Below are positions 56,575 through 64,000 of a stretch of DNA of 64,000 nt, piece after piece (the first letter of the stretch is position 1; every line of letters begins with the position of its first letter). The position numbers were made by a program, and so were the translations under genes. The notes under the pieces were generated by a model. The model saw only the letters and a program-made list of their open reading frames with translations, was not told where the DNA came from and did not search any database. Origin of the DNA: an uncultured Candidatus Saccharibacteria bacterium (GTDB lineage: Bacteria; Patescibacteriota; Minisyncoccia; Phycocordibacterales; PALSA-1337); contig CAYWKB010000001.1 in the NCBI GenBank assembly GCA_964459225.1, forward strand, positions 116,140 to 180,139. The letters run 5' to 3'.

Positions 56575-57597
56575 TTAAAATGTTATTTCATTATCTACAT
56601 TTTGATTTTGCTTTTTACTAAAGTATACAGTAAATCCTGATCTCGCGCCCTGTAGTATGTTATCAGTATTTCTAACGTCTAGATTTATATTTGAACTACC
56701 GTCCACATCCCCTTTTACTCGCACCGTTATGCTCCTGTTTTCTATTAAATCATTTTGCTGAATATTATTTATTGACCATGCATAAGAGTTTTTGATGCTA
56801 TTAAATCCAAAAGGAATAGCGATTATTTTCATTTCTGAATTATTGAGCGGTACTCTACCGTTTAAAGATTTATTGTATAGTATTCCGTATAATGCATCAT
56901 TTTCATAAAATGAAAGACTTGGATCAGTTGGTTCTATATTAATACTGCCAAATGTTGAATCTGTTTGTTCACGATTGTATACCTCGACTGAGACATTTAA
57001 TGGTTTCGGTATTTCACTTCCTCTGATTTCTACATATTGTTTTCCATACCCCTGTCCATTTTCAATATACTTACCATCACTTTTCCATGAATACACCAAT
57101 GTTTTTGGGTCTAATTCATTTTTACCATCTTTTGATATATGAGGCATTGCAATTAATCTAACTTTATTTTGATAGGTATATGGAATCTTTGATTTATAAA
57201 ATGGATGCGAGTATCCTTCAGATTCAAGTATTATTTCAACAGAACCAGTTTTTATTGTTACTGATTTTCTTGCTTCTAAACCATCAGATGAACTCACTAC
57301 TGCTGTTATGGTCATAACTGAACCCACCTTTGGAGCGGTTACGGAGATTTTTTTTATTCCTATTCCCTTTTCTTGAGTCTTTCCATTTACTAACCAAACA
57401 ATTGATGAAGAATTTAAATCAATTAAATAACTTTCTAAAGTTATGTCTACATTTTGTCCCGGTCTTGGATTGTCGGTACTTTTATTTATAGTTAATCTAT
57501 CTATACCATTTGGAATTTGAGCATGTATATAATGTGTATTTCCATAAAATACACTTAAAATTAGAATAATTATCGATAATTTAAATATCAATTTCAT
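56575..57597 (-). CDS. secreted hypothetical protein
   Basis: Signal peptide then a 340-aa beta-rich sequence; no motif. Confidence 0.45.
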   Translation of the reverse strand: MKLIFKLSIIILILSVFYGNTHYIHAQIPNGIDRLTINKSTDNPRPGQNVDITLESYLIDLNSSSIVWLVNGKTQEKGIGIKKISVTAPKVGSVMTITAVVSSSDGLEARKSVTIKTGSVEIILESEGYSHPFYKSKIPYTYQNKVRLIAMPHISKDGKNELDPKTLVYSWKSDGKYIENGQGYGKQYVEIRGSEIPKPLNVSVEVYNREQTDSTFGSINIEPTDPSLSFYENDALYGILYNKSLNGRVPLNNSEMKIIAIPFGFNSIKNSYAWSINNIQQNDLIENRSITVRVKGDVDGSSNINLDVRNTDNILQGARSGFTVYFSKKQNQNVDNEITF

Positions 57598-57623
57598 TAA
57601 ACATATTTTAACATACTTATTTA

Positions 57624-58061
57624 TTATTCAGTTAATGAGATTTCCTCAGAATCACTCTTTTTATTTGGCATTCGTATTCCCGGAGTTGAATTTACTGGAT
57701 TTCTGATTTTGCGAGGTAATCTTACGCCTGGTTTGGCGGTATTTGATAATGCTCCACCATCTCCTTTTGTTGTATGTTTTATATACCAAATATCCATTAT
57801 CCATGCGGGTGCCACACCTCCTGTTAATTCCTCTACTCCCGCAATTCCAAGCATTGAAATTAATCTACCGGGATGTGTAATCACTGAAACACCGTTGTAT
57901 TCTAAATATATTATGAGTGAAATTCCAACTAAAGGATCTAATATTCCATTTATTATTACCCCAACACCAGTCAAACCAAGCAATATTTGAGTACTGTCTA
58001 TAAAAGCTGTAACACCATATAGCATTTTCCAATTTACCTTGTTACCCTCTTGTTCTTCCAT
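57624..58061 (-). CDS. hypothetical small membrane protein (two hydrophobic helices)
   Basis: 145 aa, immediately upstream of the VirB4-like ATPase. Could be a VirB2-like pilin component but there is no motif evidence. Confidence 0.35.
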   Translation of the reverse strand: MEEQEGNKVNWKMLYGVTAFIDSTQILLGLTGVGVIINGILDPLVGISLIIYLEYNGVSVITHPGRLISMLGIAGVEELTGGVAPAWIMDIWYIKHTTKGDGGALSNTAKPGVRLPRKIRNPVNSTPGIRMPNKKSDSEEISLTE

Positions 58062-58062
58062 G

Positions 58063-59886
58063 CTATTTTGTATTATTTGAAGCCATCTCTAAATCTTTTT
58101 TGGCTTGATTTATTGCCATAACTTGAGCTGGGTTTGTGGTAATGATTTGATCTTCTGTATATGAAGCAACAACTTTTAATGCTACATGCTTTAAGCCCAC
58201 AAAGAATATTCCCTCCCCCACATCTGATTCTAGTAATAGATATTTTTCTTCATCTGTAAGATTGAATGTTCTTTGAATATTGTCTATTGATGATGGTGAT
58301 TGTTTTAGAAGTATTTGTATTGAAGAGTTTGTAATAATAGGTAAACCATAAGGAGATTTTAGGAAATCATCAACGTCCTGGGTGATTGTTGCAAGTCCCA
58401 AATAATATTTACGTCCTCTCTTTGCAAGTCCAAGTAAAAATGATGCCGTATCCTCTGATTTCATCATCCACCATGCCTCATCAATAACCAAAAGTCTCTT
58501 TTTCAACTCTTTTCTAATTGCATTCCATATATAGTGAGTAACTATATACATTGCTACTGGTTTTAACTCATCTTCCATATCACGAAGTGAAAATACAACG
58601 AATTTTTTATTTATATCAACATTTGATGGTCTATTTATAAAGCCTGACCATGTACCCTTTGTGTATTTTGTTAATCTTTCAACCAATGATTCAGCACCTT
58701 CCATGCCTGCTAGAACAAGTTCAAAATCAGAAAGAAGTGGTGGTTCAACATTTCTAAAATCTGATTCAGGGCTAATATCTTTTAATGCATATGTTTCACT
58801 TATTGCCCTATCTATTATGGCGTCTTCTTCTTGAGTTAGTCCTCCAAGCATAATTCTAAACAAACCAACAAGATTAATTATGTTTGAACGTAATACATCT
58901 GCCGCACTCTCATCCTCTCTTGGTATTGGTAAATCAAAAGGATTAATATGATGCTCTGAGTTAAGTGAAATATTAAAGTATTTACCACCAGTTGCTTCAG
59001 CCATGTATTCGTATTCTTTTTCTGGATCAATAACTATAACTTCAGTATCAAACATCAATGTTCTAAGTATTTCTAGTTTTGTACAATATGATTTACCTGA
59101 ACCGGCCTTTGCAAAAGTAACTGAATTGTAATTTTCAAGTAAAAATCTATCAAACAGCACAAGTGATGAATTATGTCTGTTGATTCCATAAAGTATTCCC
59201 TTATCAGAAGTTAGGTCAAATGAAACAAATGGGAAAAGACTAGAAAGAGGCGAAGAATTAAGCTTAGAATGAACCGCCAATTGATCATCCCCTATTGGTA
59301 GCACACTCTTGTACCCGCTTTCCTGTTGGAATAGTGCTGGTTTAATGTATACGAGTTTTGATTCCAGTATTGATTTGATTTCAGACTCTATCTTATCTAA
59401 TTCAGCTGTGCTATCTCCGAAAATAGTTATATAAACTCCCACATCAAATATCTTTTCTTGTGCCTGCATCAAATTGTCTCTAAGTGCCTCAAGATCTTGA
59501 TATGCGGTGTCTAGCATAGGGTCACGGACTAATCCCTTATCTTCCCTAGTTGATATTTGACTTTGTACCTCGGCTACCTTTTTTTGAAAATGTCTCAATA
59601 TCTTTGCTGTATCAACTGGATGTATAAAAATAGAAATATTAAAGATTTTATCCAGGTTAATGATTGGTGCAAACCAACTCTCAGTCAAAAACCTTGGATA
59701 TGAAATAACAAAAAATGTTCTCGCCACCTTTTCACCCAAATTTATCTCTTTTGGACTTATCTTTAATGCAGAAGGTGCTATAACATCTTTTAATTCAAGT
59801 ATTCCTGCCTCATATATTTCTTGAGGCATAAGAGATACTATAGGTGACTTTTCTTTTTTACCAAATAATTTTGAAAATATACTCAT
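58063..59886 (-). CDS. VirB4/TrbE-family type IV secretion ATPase, C-terminal ATPase part
   Basis: AKAGSGKSY Walker A, LLVIDEAWWMM Walker B, GLATITQDVDDF, QILLKQS. 607 aa. Confidence 0.8.
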   Translation of the reverse strand: MSIFSKLFGKKEKSPIVSLMPQEIYEAGILELKDVIAPSALKISPKEINLGEKVARTFFVISYPRFLTESWFAPIINLDKIFNISIFIHPVDTAKILRHFQKKVAEVQSQISTREDKGLVRDPMLDTAYQDLEALRDNLMQAQEKIFDVGVYITIFGDSTAELDKIESEIKSILESKLVYIKPALFQQESGYKSVLPIGDDQLAVHSKLNSSPLSSLFPFVSFDLTSDKGILYGINRHNSSLVLFDRFLLENYNSVTFAKAGSGKSYCTKLEILRTLMFDTEVIVIDPEKEYEYMAEATGGKYFNISLNSEHHINPFDLPIPREDESAADVLRSNIINLVGLFRIMLGGLTQEEDAIIDRAISETYALKDISPESDFRNVEPPLLSDFELVLAGMEGAESLVERLTKYTKGTWSGFINRPSNVDINKKFVVFSLRDMEDELKPVAMYIVTHYIWNAIRKELKKRLLVIDEAWWMMKSEDTASFLLGLAKRGRKYYLGLATITQDVDDFLKSPYGLPIITNSSIQILLKQSPSSIDNIQRTFNLTDEEKYLLLESDVGEGIFFVGLKHVALKVVASYTEDQIITTNPAQVMAINQAKKDLEMASNNTK

Positions 59887-59891
59887 AATAA

Positions 59892-60524
59892 TTAATTAAT
59901 TTGAATAGGCTTTTCGGTTTCACCTGGATTGAATATTTTATAATATAATTCTACCACCTCCTCAGTCCCTAGTTCAGCAACTCTTATTCCACATCTTACC
60001 AAACCTTGCTCAACTACCCCTACCCTCTGCTCCAATTGACTGCGGTATTCCTCAAATTTTTCATTTGCGAGTAGTTTGTTTTCTTCTTTTTTATTTATCA
60101 ATGATTTAATCGGATTACTACTCATTGTGATTGGCGGAGCAAAAGGTATTACAAGGAAAAATCCTTTAGTCATAATATTGCTGTTATCAACAAATGTTTT
60201 AATGAATTCGATGTATTCTCTTGTCTGTATTTTCATTAATTCTGTCATTTGCTCTTTATATCTTTCCTCAAGTAAGGCAATATATGGCCTTATATCAAGT
60301 CTTTTTGATTGTATGAAAATTTGAATAGAAAAGTCCAACGAATTAATAAAATTTTGAAATTGTGAAATTATGGCATTTTGTTCATCTGATGATTTGAGGG
60401 CAAAGTTTAATGATGATGCCAAAATGATTGATCTCATAGAACCATCTTTTAATATCACTATTCCATCACGAATCTCTTGAATGGGTACAAATTCTTGTGT
60501 TGTTTTTGTATTATTTTGAGCCAT
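59892..60524 (-). CDS. VirB4-family N-terminal domain encoded as a separate ORF
   Basis: VPIQEIRDGIVILKDGSMRSIILASSLNFALKSSDEQNAIISQF matches the N-terminal signature of Gram-positive-type VirB4 (TcpF/PrgJ-like). Stop TAA, 5 nt, then ATG of the ATPase ORF in a different frame. Confidence 0.6.
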   Translation of the reverse strand: MAQNNTKTTQEFVPIQEIRDGIVILKDGSMRSIILASSLNFALKSSDEQNAIISQFQNFINSLDFSIQIFIQSKRLDIRPYIALLEERYKEQMTELMKIQTREYIEFIKTFVDNSNIMTKGFFLVIPFAPPITMSSNPIKSLINKKEENKLLANEKFEEYRSQLEQRVGVVEQGLVRCGIRVAELGTEEVVELYYKIFNPGETEKPIQIN

Positions 60525-60525
60525 A

Positions 60526-60951
60526 TTATTTTTGATTTTTATTACTATACATACTTTCCTTTATATCCAAACTCCAAGTTAAGTCTTTCAATTTGCTGTC
60601 TGAAATTTTAGGTACCATTATTCCGGCGTATTCTTTTGCTTCTTGTATTGCATTATCTGCTTTTTGATTTGGAACCTTTTTCCAAAGGAAAAGCTTGGCA
60701 GATGTATAGTATTTAAATGCTGCCTCAACTACATTTATAAATGGTTTATTGTTTATTTTATAAAATGCAAGCGAAATAGAAAAAGCCATTATTAATAAAA
60801 TAGGAATTCCAGATAATAATATTGATGGTAAAAATTTATAAATTATAAAAGATAACCCTGCCCCACCAGCTAGATAAATGAATTGTTTTAATGTTAATGG
60901 GCCAAATATTTTATCCTCAACTTCAATAAATTGTGGAACTTGATATCGCAT
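60526..60951 (-). CDS. PrgI/TcpE-family (VirB3-like) T4SS membrane protein
   Basis: MRYQVPQFIEVEDKIFGPLTLKQFIYLAGG followed by two TM helices; canonical position directly upstream of virB4. 141 aa. Confidence 0.55.
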   Translation of the reverse strand: MRYQVPQFIEVEDKIFGPLTLKQFIYLAGGAGLSFIIYKFLPSILLSGIPILLIMAFSISLAFYKINNKPFINVVEAAFKYYTSAKLFLWKKVPNQKADNAIQEAKEYAGIMVPKISDSKLKDLTWSLDIKESMYSNKNQK

Positions 60952-60981
60952 GCAAATATTATATCACACACATGTTATCTA

Positions 60982-61698
60982 CTATATCTGTTCTCTGTAT
61001 GGATCTGCAGTATTGTTTGTATTTTTATCTATTTTTTCCTTTATTTCTATTTTCTTTTCCACCACCCTTTCCTTACTGTTAACTGGAGAGTTTAATAAAT
61101 GATCGATCATTGAAACACTAGGTATGTTTTCTGGTTCCTCTATACCCTTTAATACTTCCTCTTTATTGATTTCTATATTTTGAGCAGGCACACTTGCCTT
61201 TTCAATAGTAAAATCCCCTACTTTTTCGATATTGGGTATATCCTTTACTATTTCCGGTGGGTGCATATATGTTGGGATTGTGGTGACAACGGGATTAGGT
61301 TTTTTGATTGGTGCTGAATATATAGGTGTTGGGGTTTTAGGGGCTTCGGGTTCGTTGAATTGTACATTATCTGTATTATCCGAATCACCTGACTCTCTAA
61401 GCGATGATCTTATTTCGTCAAATATTTCCCTGTTTACATCCTTGGCTATATTAAAACAAACGTCACTACCCAAGTTCATTTTTTTTGATATGTTTGGAAC
61501 AAAATTTTTTTGCGAAGTAGCTCCTAGTATCAACAATACAATTTCATCAGTAAGTATTGCCTTATTATCAACCATTAGATTGTATTTGTCTGAGATAGCT
61601 CCTATTTTTTCAGGTAAATCTGTAGAAGTAATAACGTCTTTCAGATTATCTGGAAGTTTGTTAAATAATTCAATTTTTTGTTCTTTTGTGTATTCCAT
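60982..61698 (-). CDS. hypothetical T4SS-cluster protein (two domains, Pro-rich linker)
   Basis: 238 aa with no motif. Positioned between the VirB6-like and PrgI-like genes, where VirB8-like (TcpC/PrgL) proteins often sit. Confidence 0.4.
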   Translation of the reverse strand: MEYTKEQKIELFNKLPDNLKDVITSTDLPEKIGAISDKYNLMVDNKAILTDEIVLLILGATSQKNFVPNISKKMNLGSDVCFNIAKDVNREIFDEIRSSLRESGDSDNTDNVQFNEPEAPKTPTPIYSAPIKKPNPVVTTIPTYMHPPEIVKDIPNIEKVGDFTIEKASVPAQNIEINKEEVLKGIEEPENIPSVSMIDHLLNSPVNSKERVVEKKIEIKEKIDKNTNNTADPYREQI

Positions 61699-61704
61699 AG
61701 ATTT

Positions 61705-63657
61705 TTAAAATACAATGTTTGTCTTTAAATAATTTTGTGATTTTTCAATTACAGAGCCTTTGGTTGGGAAAATATATGAATCTATAATATTTCTGATATC
61801 CTCTCTAACCGTCTTGTCCACATTAGCATTAGCAATAGCTTTCAACATTGCCGGATCAAGATATTTTGCAACATCTCTTTGTCTAAGTATATCTTCAGGT
61901 AGCTTCGATACATCCTCAGGTCTACCTTTAAGGTGAGTATTGATTAAGTAATCTCCCGAATTACCATTGTTGGTTACAATCTTTTTAAATCCATCAGTAC
62001 GTGCGTTCTTTATTTTTGATTTCTGATCAGGTGTCAATTCATCACTTTTAATAAGTGATTCAAACTTAGAAGATGATAGGTGTGTGATAAAGTCCTCATT
62101 AGAAAGTGTATCGAAAGGTAGTTTTTCCAATTCCTTATTATCCATTCCAGAAACACTATCTTTAAAAGATTTTAGTATTACTGGACTAACTCCCCCACCA
62201 GTTTTTAAAGCATCCAAATAAGTTTTTAAATTTTTAGAATTTGTTGCGGTTCTAGATATTCCAGCCAGTGTTTTAGCTCTCTCTTTATTTTCCTTATCAT
62301 AATCTTCAGTTGATTTGCTCCCACCGTACTTTCCTTTTGCAGCTGTGTTTATACCACCCCTCACTGCTTGGCTTATACCCAAACCTCTCAATACATTTGT
62401 GGCGGCTTTACCTACAGGACTTTTCTGTGCATTTATTGCCATATTATCAAACCTTTTACCTACAGCACCAGCTGCTTTACCAACAGTCTTCCTACCAACA
62501 AATCCACTTATGTTACCAAGAAGACCTGTAGCCATATCTAATCCCGGTGCCCACTTTGCTCCAACCGCACCAAACTTAAGCGCTGCGATTAACGGTGCAT
62601 TTATAAAAATAATAGCGATAATGTATTGAATAGTCACACCGATAGAAGTTACTCCAAAAGGCCCCTCACCTGGCGGTATTACTCCATTTGAATTAGCTCC
62701 ACTATTAAATATTGAATTAAAATTAGGACTACTTATTAGTCTAAGAGCTATATACATAAGACAAAGATACACAGGTAAAAATAATAGCTGACTAGTAAAC
62801 ATATCTTTTAGTCTTTTAGATACCTCCTGCTCTATTTGTGGAAATATCATTCCAACAAAGTAAAATGGTGATAATGCCATTAAGAAAAGCAGTATTCCTG
62901 TTCTTGCAAATATGGCAATTCCAGCAGCAAAAAAGCTAAATGCAGCAGTTATCATCATAATCACCCCACTTATTGTTGCGATGAAAATAGCAAGTCCAGC
63001 ATCAGCACTTTGTAAAACTGAGGTATTTTTATATATCTGTGGAATTTTGAGACTACTCATAAATACATCTGACAGTCCACCATTTGTTGCAGAAGCAACT
63101 ATACCCGCATTAGCGTTCACATTTGGTACCATTGCTCTATAAAACTGCATGGATACTAGATTTGATGCATCTATACCAACTCTCACAAAAAATAAACTGA
63201 AATTTATTAGCATTCCAGCTATAATTATATTAAATATAAGTTTTTTGGTTGTCTCTACACCTGATCCAATGATTATCGATATTGAGCTGTATATTAAGAA
63301 AAATATTATAAAAATATTTGAGATATTTCTAACGGTTTTCCATGTCTCCCCTATTACCGGCATATTTGTATCTTTTGTATAATCACCGATATTCAATGTA
63401 AGTGTTATTGCTTGATTTAAAAAGTACCCTGAAATTGACAATAACCATGAAGTTAAACTCAATAAGGCATTACCAATAGCAGCTGCTGCATTATTGATAC
63501 CACTTAAAGCTATTCTTTCAACTATAGTTACTTTACCTTCTGTATTATCCTTTCCACCTTGTTGTGCATGTGTATATACAGGAATAATAAAAATTAAAAT
63601 AGCAAAAAATACCATTGATATTATTGCTATTTTGTTTTTATTAAATAAATTCTTCAT
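61705..63657 (-). CDS. VirB6/TrbL-like polytopic T4SS membrane protein with signal peptide and long hydrophilic C-terminus
   Basis: Signal peptide, at least 6 TM helices across about 400 aa, then a roughly 250-aa K/S/G-rich hydrophilic tail. 650 aa. Confidence 0.6.
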   Translation of the reverse strand: MKNLFNKNKIAIISMVFFAILIFIIPVYTHAQQGGKDNTEGKVTIVERIALSGINNAAAAIGNALLSLTSWLLSISGYFLNQAITLTLNIGDYTKDTNMPVIGETWKTVRNISNIFIIFFLIYSSISIIIGSGVETTKKLIFNIIIAGMLINFSLFFVRVGIDASNLVSMQFYRAMVPNVNANAGIVASATNGGLSDVFMSSLKIPQIYKNTSVLQSADAGLAIFIATISGVIMMITAAFSFFAAGIAIFARTGILLFLMALSPFYFVGMIFPQIEQEVSKRLKDMFTSQLLFLPVYLCLMYIALRLISSPNFNSIFNSGANSNGVIPPGEGPFGVTSIGVTIQYIIAIIFINAPLIAALKFGAVGAKWAPGLDMATGLLGNISGFVGRKTVGKAAGAVGKRFDNMAINAQKSPVGKAATNVLRGLGISQAVRGGINTAAKGKYGGSKSTEDYDKENKERAKTLAGISRTATNSKNLKTYLDALKTGGGVSPVILKSFKDSVSGMDNKELEKLPFDTLSNEDFITHLSSSKFESLIKSDELTPDQKSKIKNARTDGFKKIVTNNGNSGDYLINTHLKGRPEDVSKLPEDILRQRDVAKYLDPAMLKAIANANVDKTVREDIRNIIDSYIFPTKGSVIEKSQNYLKTNIVF

Positions 63658-63660
63658 ATT

Positions 63661-63981
63661 TTATATTCCAGTTAAGGTATTTGGAAATAACTGACATTCC
63701 TGTAACATTCTCTGTGCTTCTTGATTCATTGGATTTGTCTTTGCAACTATTGCATCGTACTCATCCTTTGAAGCTTGCACATCTTGCAGTGTTGCTATTG
63801 TCCTGTTTTGTATCATTGCTGAGTATTTTTGACTTGGTGCATTTAAATCATTAAGTGAATTTGCTGTTGTTATACTTGTCTTTAATAATGTTAATTCCGA
63901 TAATCTACCATCAGCTAACTTTGCAGAACTAAATAGTGTTGTGGCCTGTGGAGCTAAATCAGTATTTATTTTACCAGTCAC
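63661..63981 (-). CDS. hypothetical protein (first gene upstream of VirB6-like)
   Basis: 106-aa ORF with no motif; a possible upstream T4SS accessory protein. Confidence 0.35.
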   Translation of the reverse strand: MTGKINTDLAPQATTLFSSAKLADGRLSELTLLKTSITTANSLNDLNAPSQKYSAMIQNRTIATLQDVQASKDEYDAIVAKTNPMNQEAQRMLQECQLFPNTLTGI

Positions 63982-64000
63982 TAGCTCTATTTTACTATTT

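Noticed and set aside
1-64000. Numerous track ORFs antisense to conserved genes (for example 825-1016, 2194-2499, 4597-4899, 12633-12887, 14683-15216, 20504-20881, 40473-40835, 42597-42878, 44125-44523, 46140-46502, 61232-61708, 62315-62629)
   Set aside because: Each lies wholly inside a longer, motif-supported gene on the other strand and has a low-complexity hydrophobic composition typical of AT-rich antisense frames.
1-64000. CRISPR arrays, rRNA genes, tmRNA, SRP RNA, RNase P RNA
   Set aside because: I scanned for regularly spaced direct repeats and for the conserved cores of these RNAs (tRNA-like 3' end of tmRNA, GGAAGCAGCC of SRP domain IV, rRNA-scale GC blocks). None were found. All GGTTCGA-containing sites resolve into the seven tRNAs listed.

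Overview
The window is AT-rich (roughly 30% GC) and uses the standard genetic code. Its mostly housekeeping gene content (single copies of most core genes, many overlapping starts) plus a Gram-positive-type T4SS-like secretion set suggests a small-genome, possibly CPR/Patescibacteria-like bacterium; this is an inference from gene content, not a database result. Supported contents: the argS-ileS operon, glyA, a divergent pyrimidine/thymidylate module (dut, tmk, dCMP-deaminase-like, thyA-like, dcd, DHFR-like), secE-nusG-rplK, folD, two RluA-family pseudouridine synthases, rRNA/tRNA methyltransferases, a VKOR-DsbA oxidative-folding pair, uppP, an M23 peptidase, pilM/N/O-like genes and a separate pilB/gspE ATPase, ruvA/ruvB/yebC/ruvC dispersed among other genes, polA, tsaE, tyrS, PBP1A, and the chromosomal origin region (dnaN-dnaA, then rpmH-rnpA-yidC) with DnaA boxes. 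Seven tRNA genes were read directly from the sequence: His-GTG, Leu-GAG, Val-TAC, Arg-TCT, Ser-TGA, Arg-GCG and Lys-TTT. The three sub-60-aa genes secE, rpmH and a 39-aa hydrophobic peptide are missing from the ORF track, and so is the hicA ORF, which has no canonical start codon. Main second-look items: (1) ileS carries an internal histidine-phosphatase (PGAM-like) domain of about 200 aa; (2) from 54.1 kb to the window end, next to oriC, lies a Gram-positive-type T4SS-like cluster with VirB4 encoded as two ORFs in different frames, a PrgI/VirB3-like protein, a signal-peptide VirB6-like protein and several secreted proteins; (3) there are partial tRNA-gene duplications at tRNA-Val and tRNA-Lys, the latter followed by a hicB-hicA island in which hicA has no ATG; (4) two short GC-rich islands (about 50% GC against 30%) encode secreted proteins; (5) a promoter-plus-terminator-bounded candidate small RNA sits at 110-253 and a GC-rich 300-nt leader precedes argS.
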